Shown piece by piece: positions 8,644 to 14,690 of a DNA stretch of 14,690 bases (position 1 is the first letter of the stretch; each line of letters begins with the position of its first letter). The translations under genes were made by a program, and so were the position numbers. The stretch is from Anaerohalosphaeraceae bacterium (GTDB lineage: Bacteria; Planctomycetota; Phycisphaerae; Sedimentisphaerales; Anaerohalosphaeraceae): positions 1 to 14,690 of the forward strand of contig JBNRMN010000061.1 in assembly GCA_050309605.1 (NCBI GenBank), given 5' to 3'. Under the pieces are notes generated by a model. That model searched no databases. It had not been told where the DNA came from and saw nothing but the letters and a program-made list of their open reading frames with translations.

Positions 8644-9269
8644 GACCCTCAACATTCATTCGGACGATCGGACTTGTTTTACTCCTGCTGCCTGCGGTCG
8701 GCTGCGGCCCGCTTCGTCAACCCCCGCCGGCCAAGGCGTTTTACCTGCTGGATATTCAGCCGGAATCGCAGCCGCAGCGTCTGTCGCCGGCGGTTTGCTT
8801 TCGCGTACGGACCGTGTCCGTCCAGTCGCCGTTTTCAGGCACAAGCCTGATCTATCGCACCAGCGAAACAGCCTACCAACGGGACTATTACAATCAGTTT
8901 CTTGTGCCCGCCGACCAGCAGCTCGGCGAAGCGCTGGCCGCATGGCTGCCGGCGGTCGGCGTGGTGCTTTGCCCGGATGCCGCAACACAAGACCAGACAG
9001 AAAGACTGACCCTTGAGCCGCATCTGGAAGCGCTGTACACCGATTTTCGCAACCCCGAATCGCCATCGGCCTATGTACGCCTGCGGTTTGCAATCACGAC
9101 ACATGACCGCTCCTGTCGGTGCAGCCGAATTCTGCTGAACGAATCCTTTGAGGCGACGGTCAATGTGCCGGCCAACCCCACCGCCGAACAACTCGTTGAG
9201 GCGATGAGTCGGGCCGTCGCCGAGGCCTTCGGCCAATTCCATTCGGCCCTTGAAAGTCTGTTTCCGTAG
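8640..9269 (+). CDS. PqiC-like / ABC-type transport auxiliary lipoprotein
   Basis: Lipobox AVG-C22, motifs FYLLD, LIYRTSE and DYYNQF, an ATGA overlap with the MCE gene, and the standard position after an MCE gene. Confidence 0.82.
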   Translation: MRPSTFIRTIGLVLLLLPAVGCGPLRQPPPAKAFYLLDIQPESQPQRLSPAVCFRVRTVSVQSPFSGTSLIYRTSETAYQRDYYNQFLVPADQQLGEALAAWLPAVGVVLCPDAATQDQTERLTLEPHLEALYTDFRNPESPSAYVRLRFAITTHDRSCRCSRILLNESFEATVNVPANPTAEQLVEAMSRAVAEAFGQFHSALESLFP

Positions 9270-9306
9270 GCTCACAGGCCAACACAATCGGCCTTGTCGC
9301 TTTGGC

Positions 9307-9870
9307 TCAGGATGTCGGCGAAATCTCAATATCAACCCGCGTACCGTGGATCAGCGTGTTGTAAACGGGGGAAAACGCGGCCAATTCTTTGAGTTTGGGC
9401 AGATTTTCGGGTGCTGTCTTAACGGTGAAACGAATACGGATATGCTGATAGCCTTTGGGTACATCAGGATCCAGCCCCAAAAAGCCCCGCAAGTCGATCC
9501 GGCCGTCAAGCTGTGATTCGAGGTGTTCAATCGCGATGCCGCGCACCGCGGCATGGGCCACCAGACTCGTCGTCACACAGGCCGCCAGGGCGTTGAGCAA
9601 ATGTTCAACGGGATTGGCGCCCTGGTCCGTACCGCCCAAGGCCTGCGGCTCATCGGCGTGCAGGTCAAACGGCTGCCGGTGCGATTGCTCACCGCCCAGA
9701 CATTTGAAACAAGTGATATGCGACTGATTGTGTCCGCCAGAGACCCACCGGTTGCGGGCACGAAAGACACATTGACCTTGTTCCGGATCGGCTTGGATGG
9801 CTTTGACGGTTTTTTCAAGCGATTCCATATCGATACCGTTGGTAACGGTCTGTAATTCGGTTGTTTTCAT
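9307..9870 (-). CDS. OsmC/Ohr-superfamily protein lacking the second conserved cysteine
   Basis: DEPQALGGTDQGANPVEHLLNALAAC, IDLRGFLG, and FSPVYNTL (Ser where canonical OsmC/Ohr has CP). ATG at 9870 follows a strong GGAGGTG SD, so it is preferred over TTG at 9912. Confidence 0.9.
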   Translation of the reverse strand: MKTTELQTVTNGIDMESLEKTVKAIQADPEQGQCVFRARNRWVSGGHNQSHITCFKCLGGEQSHRQPFDLHADEPQALGGTDQGANPVEHLLNALAACVTTSLVAHAAVRGIAIEHLESQLDGRIDLRGFLGLDPDVPKGYQHIRIRFTVKTAPENLPKLKELAAFSPVYNTLIHGTRVDIEISPTS

Positions 9871-9985
9871 AATATCACCTCCGTTAAAACGGTTTGGGTT
9901 TTCTTGTGTCAATCTTTCCCATACGTCCGCTCAAAGAGGTCGTTCGCTTGAAAAATCAGTCTTGAAATGTAAAAAAGGAGGACAT

Positions 9986-10015
9986 AAAAAAATGGGAGAG
10001 CTGAACGGCTCTCCC
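9986..10015 (-). terminator. Rho-independent terminator
   Basis: The minus strand reads GGGAGAGC-CGTTCA-GCTCTCCC-A-TTTTTTT, a perfect 8-bp GC-rich stem followed by a U7 tract. Confidence 0.85.
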
Positions 10016-10025
10016 GTGAAACTGG

Positions 10026-10163
10026 AATGGCTCTTCTCTTATCGGTTACTGCCTCTTCCCCTGCGGCTGACAATTGCCTGTTGCCTTGTGGTCCCGCTCC
10101 ACGATTGCCCGGCCGCCGGGGATCAGCCCGGATGACCTTCTGGGTCATTGATTAAGAGCCATT
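10026..10163 (-). ncRNA. Candidate structured RNA (riboswitch/attenuator leader or sRNA), family unassigned
   Basis: Perfect 10-bp closing helix (10154-10163 with 10026-10035), a 6-bp hairpin (10132-10148), an interrupted rod of about 16 bp (10104-10122 with 10057-10074) and an apical GTGG-AGCGGGA-CCAC hairpin (10088-10102). It is a GC-rich island inside AT-rich intergenic DNA and is directly followed by a terminator. Confidence 0.6.
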
Positions 10164-10273
10164 AAATACGGTATTGAATTTTGTTTTCTCTTTTTATTTC
10201 TACGACTCGTATCGACCATCAGGCCAAAAAATCTTTAGTTATTTTCCTTTTATTTTGATTTTTTGTCGCGGTG

Positions 10274-12178
10274 TTATCGCGAAAATAATTCGGTTGAATT
10301 CGATACGGTTTGAATGGCCGGTCGGGGCGGCTTTTTCATCTCCGCACCCAAGTAAAAACCGGTATGGGGCGGCTGATTGTAGCCGACATTTTGCCAGGCG
10401 ACGCTGAGCCGATAGACCGGATCGTGCATCAGGGTATAAATACGGTTTTTGGCCGGAACAGTGGTCGTGAAAATCCTCAATTCCCGCCGATCGCGTGTCG
10501 GCCAGATCACTTCTTCTCGCCAGTCGCCCAGGATATCGGCCGACAGGCAGGGATTGGCTTTTGAACCATTGATGGAGACACAGTCGTAGCGGCGGGCATC
10601 CAGCAGCAGCTCCGTATCGTGAGTGTCGGGATTCCATTTCTCAATTTGTGTGCCGCTGAGCAATTCGCGCGTCAGGTCGCTGTCCCACCACACGGCCATA
10701 TTGCAGCTCCGAGGCCGACGCGGGGCGACAACCTGGCCGGTGGCGGCGGCATACAACCGGTCCAATCCCCTTCCGACCGCCCAGACCTCATAGCCGGGGT
10801 GGGCCGGATCAATATCGGCGGCCATGCCCCGTACCACATCCGGCGAGGGGCGGCTCCACAGCAGCTTGCCCGTGGAGGCGTCGCGTACATCGATGCCGTG
10901 CGGGTGGCGGGGATTCTCGTGGATCGAAAAGGTCTGCAATTCGTCCCGGTCGGGAATCATCTTCGTGGTGTGCTGAGCGTCGCCGTGACCCAGTTGCGTC
11001 GAATAGCGCCCCGTGCCGTCGGGGTTGATGACCGCGCCGCCGTAGATAATCGAATCGCGACCGTCGCCATCCAAATCGGCTACGGCAATGCTGTGGTTGC
11101 CTTGGCCGATATACTCGCGGTTGATGTCGTCATCGATGCCGACCGCCGCCCTGAACAGCCAGACCGTCGTCAATTGACCGTCGCGCCAGTTATAAGCGGC
11201 AATCTCATTGCGAGCAGGCAGCCCCCGCTGCGGGCCGTAATAGCCGCGCGCCATAATCAGACTCGGACGCTTGCCGTCCAGATAGGCCACCGCCGCCAGA
11301 AAACGATCCGACCGATTGCCGCGATCATCTCCCCATTGCCTGACATCGCCGCGCGCCGGCTCAAAATCGATGGTCTTCAGCGCCGCGCCCGTACGGCCGT
11401 CAAAAACCGTCAGATACTCCGGCCCTTCAAGAATTCTGCCTTGACGATTGCGGTAGTCGGCATCAGGGTCGCCGATGACCTTGCCCGTTCCATCGACTGT
11501 GCCGTCGGCGGTTCGTACCGCGACCTCGGCGCGTCCGTTGCCGTCCAGATCATAGACGATAAACGGCGTATAATGTGCGCCTTCGCGGATGTTTTTGCCC
11601 AGATCGATTCGCCACAGAAACGTCCCGTCCAGCTTATAGGCTTCGAGTTTGGTCTGGCCGGTATAGCCGTCATGGGCGTTGTCGCGCGGGCGCATCTCCT
11701 GTTTGACGACGATGTCATACTCGCCGTCGCCGTCCAGATCGCCCACGGCCGCATCACCGACACGATGACCCTCCAGCGTTTGCAGTGGAATGGACAGATA
11801 GGGCTTGACTTCAGCGCCGGCCGGGAGCGTAAACGGCCGACTGGCCGGCTGCTCTTTGCCGTCCAGCACCGGACGCACGAAATAGGCATTCGACTTTGAT
11901 AAATCGACGTCTGTATCGACAAAATCGGTGGTCTTGACAATCGGCTCGTCGTTCAGACGCACCGGCTCACCGTCGCCGGCAGCACGGTACAGATTAAACG
12001 CGATCTCCGGCGCATCTGTGCCGAACAGCCGCCAGCCGATATACACCTGATCTTCTTGGGTTGGAATCGCCGCCACCCCGCGGCTGAGCTGTTCCATCTG
12101 CCGCTGCGCAACACCGATCTGAGCGCTTAAAAAAACACCCCCGACACATCCGACGAATACACCGCACCATTTGCCCAT
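10274..12178 (-). CDS. Secreted rhamnogalacturonan lyase, polysaccharide lyase family 11 (YesW/YesX-like)
   Basis: Signal peptide followed by QRQMEQLSRG, then GDLDGDGEYDIVVK, IDLGKNIREGAHYT, GPEYLTVFDG, RSDRFLAAVAYLDG, GQGNHS, HGDA, NGSKANPCLSADILGDWREE and YRLSVAWQNVGYNQPPH. The start is ATG at 12178, or alternatively GTG at 12184. Confidence 0.95.
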   Translation of the reverse strand: MGKWCGVFVGCVGGVFLSAQIGVAQRQMEQLSRGVAAIPTQEDQVYIGWRLFGTDAPEIAFNLYRAAGDGEPVRLNDEPIVKTTDFVDTDVDLSKSNAYFVRPVLDGKEQPASRPFTLPAGAEVKPYLSIPLQTLEGHRVGDAAVGDLDGDGEYDIVVKQEMRPRDNAHDGYTGQTKLEAYKLDGTFLWRIDLGKNIREGAHYTPFIVYDLDGNGRAEVAVRTADGTVDGTGKVIGDPDADYRNRQGRILEGPEYLTVFDGRTGAALKTIDFEPARGDVRQWGDDRGNRSDRFLAAVAYLDGKRPSLIMARGYYGPQRGLPARNEIAAYNWRDGQLTTVWLFRAAVGIDDDINREYIGQGNHSIAVADLDGDGRDSIIYGGAVINPDGTGRYSTQLGHGDAQHTTKMIPDRDELQTFSIHENPRHPHGIDVRDASTGKLLWSRPSPDVVRGMAADIDPAHPGYEVWAVGRGLDRLYAAATGQVVAPRRPRSCNMAVWWDSDLTRELLSGTQIEKWNPDTHDTELLLDARRYDCVSINGSKANPCLSADILGDWREEVIWPTRDRRELRIFTTTVPAKNRIYTLMHDPVYRLSVAWQNVGYNQPPHTGFYLGAEMKKPPRPAIQTVSNSTELFSR

Positions 12179-12229
12179 GGCCACCTGCCTTTCTGTGAAT
12201 CGTGTTTATCAACAAAGACGAGCCGAACG

Positions 12230-12263
12230 GGCCGTTTGTTGCTTTTTTTCAAAAAAACGGGCC
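12230..12263. other. Imperfect hairpin between hisF and the lyase gene (possible terminator or stability element)
   Basis: GGCCGTTTGTTG...CAAAAAAACGGGCC around a T7 run. AACGGGCC occurs twice. Confidence 0.25.
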
Positions 12264-12281
12264 TTTGGGACGGTTCACCTG

Positions 12282-13076
12282 TCATTTGGATTCACTTTCG
12301 GGTGGGCTGAACTCAGCGGCCAGCCGCACCCCGCGCGAGGCCAGATACGCCTTGAGATCCGGAATCTCGATCATTTTGAAGTGAAAGACCGAGGCCGCCA
12401 GCAGAATCGTCGCACCGGCCTGAACCGCCTCATAGAAATGTTCAAGCGTGCCCGCGCCCCCGGAGGCGACGATCTCGGCATGCGTGGCGGCCTTCATTTT
12501 CTCAATAATCGGCAAATCATAACCGGTTTTGGCCCCGTCGCCGGCCTTGCTGGTCGGCAAAATCACCTGCACGCCGAAGTCGGCGACTTTCCTGGACCAT
12601 TCCACCGCATCGGCGCCCGTGGCCGTGCGTCCGCCGTCGATATAGACCTCATAGCCGCTGGGCAGCGCGGGATTGCGATCTACGTCAATAGCGACCGTGA
12701 CCCGTTCGGGGCCAAAGGCCTTGACCATCTCGGCAATGACATCGGGCCTGCAAAACGCGGCACTGCTGGTGGAGATTTTGTCCGCACCGGCGTTTAAGAC
12801 CGCCTCGGCGGAGGCCGCATCGCGAATCCCCCCGCCGACCGTAAACGGCACGGTTGCCGCCTCGGCCACCCGACGCACGACCTCCAGCAGGGTCGCCCGA
12901 CCCTCAACGGTGGCGGTAATATCCAACAGCGCCAGCTCATCGGCCCCGGCGGCACAATAGGCCGCGGCACATTCGACCGGATCGCCCGCATCCCGAATAT
13001 CCACAAAATGCACCCCCTTGACCACACGCCCATCCTGCATATCCAAACACGGCATGATCCGCACCGACTGCTGCAT
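12282..13076 (-). CDS. hisF: Imidazole glycerol phosphate synthase cyclase subunit (divergent HisF)
   Basis: RIMPCLD, GRVVKG, DAGDPVE, DELALLDITA, PFTVGGGI, VAID, ASGGAG and LAASVFH. ATG at 13076 follows GAAAGGGA. The alternative start at 13106 overlaps the upstream stop. Confidence 0.9.
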   Translation of the reverse strand: MQQSVRIMPCLDMQDGRVVKGVHFVDIRDAGDPVECAAAYCAAGADELALLDITATVEGRATLLEVVRRVAEAATVPFTVGGGIRDAASAEAVLNAGADKISTSSAAFCRPDVIAEMVKAFGPERVTVAIDVDRNPALPSGYEVYIDGGRTATGADAVEWSRKVADFGVQVILPTSKAGDGAKTGYDLPIIEKMKAATHAEIVASGGAGTLEHFYEAVQAGATILLAASVFHFKMIEIPDLKAYLASRGVRLAAEFSPPESESK

Positions 13077-13102
13077 CGCTGTCCCTTTCACAACTGAGAT
13101 TG

Positions 13103-14539
13103 TCATTGCTGATTTATCCTGGCGGCATTGTACCGCTCAACAGGACTCTTGAAAAGGGTTTTTCGAAAGATACAGGCTGCAAGCAAGACTCCTGAAACAA
13201 ACAGCCCCGGCCAAAAGCCCCCACGTGCAAACGGCGTAACACCTTTGATTATCGGCACATCGGCAATGATCCAGCCCGGACCGTCGCGGTAATGGTCACA
13301 GTAAGCGAGAAGTTGGCCGGCGGGGCCGATCGCTGCCGAGATGCCGTTGGCCGCACCGCGAACGATCCCGTACCGACCTTCAATCGCCCGCGCCTGAACC
13401 GCCTGCAGATGCGCCGTACGGATGGTCCACCAGTCCGCCGTCGGGCACAATACCACATCGGCCCTGAGCCTGCCGTACCTGCGCGTCAAGGGGGTAAAAT
13501 TGTCGTCCTGGCAAATCATCGCTCCAATGGTATGGCCGTGTACTTCGACCGTCTTCAGATCGCCCGTTCCTTTTTTGCCCGGTTCATAGGGCGTCAGATA
13601 GGTCTTGGTATATTCGTGGACGATGTTGCCTTGCGGCGACATAAAAAACAGACGATTTTCGTCTTCACTGACATTCCAGTAGCCAACCACCAGCCACATC
13701 GCCGTCTGTCGGGCAATGCTTGCGAATCGCTCCATCCACATCAGCCGCTCGTGGTCGGCAATATAAAACCCCATTTCGCCGGTGGTAAAAATTACCGCAC
13801 CCGCCGCAGCGGCCTGCCGTGCCGGAGCAGCAAACAACGCCTCAAAACCTTCCGGCCTATGCGGATCGATGTCAGCACTGCGGTCATCAAAGACCCAGCC
13901 GGCTGCGGCGATTCGAATCGTACCCACCGGTTTTCGCCGCCATGCCATCACATCAGCCGCGAGCACCAATCCCAACAGCACTGCCAATGCCGTCATTGCA
14001 CTGGGTCGCAGGCGGGGTATTCCAATCGCAGTAACGACCAATGCCTGCATTGCCCCGAGCACAAATACCACACCGCAGATGCCTGTCCATTCGATAAAAC
14101 CGACAGCCGCCGGATACGCCGTCCAGCTTCGCGCAAACGACTGAGCCAGTCCCCAGATCGGAACCGCCAAGACATTGAGCACATCCAACAGAAACCAGGC
14201 CGCGCCAACCGCGACGGCCGAGCAAACACCGTCTGTTCTCAGAAGCCAACCCGTCGCTGCACACAAGCCCGTCAGCAGCAAACATACCCACAGCAGCAAA
14301 ATAACCGTGACCGTCACCGGCATTCGCAAATAAACCATCTGCGGCAGGATATAAAAAATACCCATATACAAGCCCGCCATACCTGCATTGCCGATGTGCT
14401 TGTGTTTGAGGGTCAGCCACAGCAGCGGACCCAGCGCTGCGACTTGCAGGAGACACGCCGGACCCCAAAATTGTCCCGCCGCCAGCATCAATCCCCCAAC
14501 CGCTCCGGCCGTTCGATAATACCACATCGTCGCTTTCAT
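13103..14539 (-). CDS. Apolipoprotein N-acyltransferase (Lnt)-like membrane protein, nitrilase/carbon-nitrogen hydrolase superfamily
   Basis: Multiple N-terminal TM helices, an E-K-C triad (TGEMG, YTKTYL, ICQD), RAIEG...RGAANGISA and one C-terminal TM helix. An AAAGGGG SD lies upstream. Confidence 0.82.
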   Translation of the reverse strand: MKATMWYYRTAGAVGGLMLAAGQFWGPACLLQVAALGPLLWLTLKHKHIGNAGMAGLYMGIFYILPQMVYLRMPVTVTVILLLWVCLLLTGLCAATGWLLRTDGVCSAVAVGAAWFLLDVLNVLAVPIWGLAQSFARSWTAYPAAVGFIEWTGICGVVFVLGAMQALVVTAIGIPRLRPSAMTALAVLLGLVLAADVMAWRRKPVGTIRIAAAGWVFDDRSADIDPHRPEGFEALFAAPARQAAAAGAVIFTTGEMGFYIADHERLMWMERFASIARQTAMWLVVGYWNVSEDENRLFFMSPQGNIVHEYTKTYLTPYEPGKKGTGDLKTVEVHGHTIGAMICQDDNFTPLTRRYGRLRADVVLCPTADWWTIRTAHLQAVQARAIEGRYGIVRGAANGISAAIGPAGQLLAYCDHYRDGPGWIIADVPIIKGVTPFARGGFWPGLFVSGVLLAACIFRKTLFKSPVERYNAARINQQ

Positions 14540-14690
14540 TGCTTTGCCCCTTTCGTCCCCCCACGTTTTGTCAAAAATTTTTCCTATATTTATCTTAAAA
14601 TCCCTTATATCAAAGGACTTACACCAGTTACTGTTTTTCCCTGTTTTTATTGACTAATTTGGATTTTTGGAAAAAATGTGTGGGCGTCGG
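14540..14690 (-). promoter_or_regulatory. AT-rich upstream region of the lnt-like/hisF unit
   Basis: Non-coding and AT-rich. It contains an imperfect inverted repeat AAAATCCCTT-ATATCA-AAGGACTTAC (about 14597-14622). No clean -35/-10 pair was identified. Confidence 0.35.

Noticed and set aside
9270..9306. AGGCC...GGCCT hairpin between the convergent PqiC-like and OsmC genes
   Set aside because: The stem is short, the loop is large and there is no U-tract, so it is too weak to call a terminator.
9884..9912. TTGACA as a sigma-70 -35 box for the OsmC gene
   Set aside because: The matching -10 would be poor (TTTTAA) and would abut the SD, leaving almost no leader.
10036..10160. SAM-I riboswitch call (CTCTTAATCAA...GATAAGAG resembles P1)
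   Set aside because: The AUCAAGAG junction, kink-turn/pseudoknot, GCAACC and GUGC core elements are absent.
10046..10162. Selenocysteine read-through of MALNQ-TGA into a short ORF
   Set aside because: There is no SD, the product resembles no selenoprotein, and no recognisable SECIS lies at the expected spacing.
4106..14653. Long opposite-strand ORFs (4106-5185, 5882-7147, 7432-8283, 10619-11899, 13292-14653 and others)
   Set aside because: They are shadows of well-supported genes in GC-rich DNA and show no recognisable motifs.
1..14690. CRISPR array, tRNA or rRNA
   Set aside because: I saw no regularly spaced repeats, cloverleaf or rRNA signatures.

Overview
Mostly housekeeping and carbohydrate-related chromosomal DNA from a moderately GC-rich bacterium. 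A Planctomycetota (Phycisphaerae/Sedimentisphaerales-like) origin is inferred from the ECF sigma/FecR-NPCBM pair and is not proven. Left to right: the 3' end and right terminus of a probable IS66-family element (1-123); a FecR-like anti-sigma with a C-terminal NPCBM-like domain and its ECF sigma factor; a eukaryote-type hexokinase; galE; an unknown lipoprotein; xerD; an Mla/Pqi-type cluster (ATPase, MCE protein, PqiC-like lipoprotein) with no permease in the window; an OsmC-family protein lacking the second cysteine; a PL11 rhamnogalacturonan lyase; an isolated, divergent hisF; and an Lnt-like nitrilase-superfamily membrane protein. The most interesting element is non-coding. A roughly 180-nt structured minus-strand region (9986-10163) upstream of the OsmC gene ends in an intrinsic terminator, and its 5' strand can pair either with its own closing helix or with the terminator's 5' arm. 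It is a candidate riboswitch/attenuator or sRNA that I cannot assign to a known family by eye.
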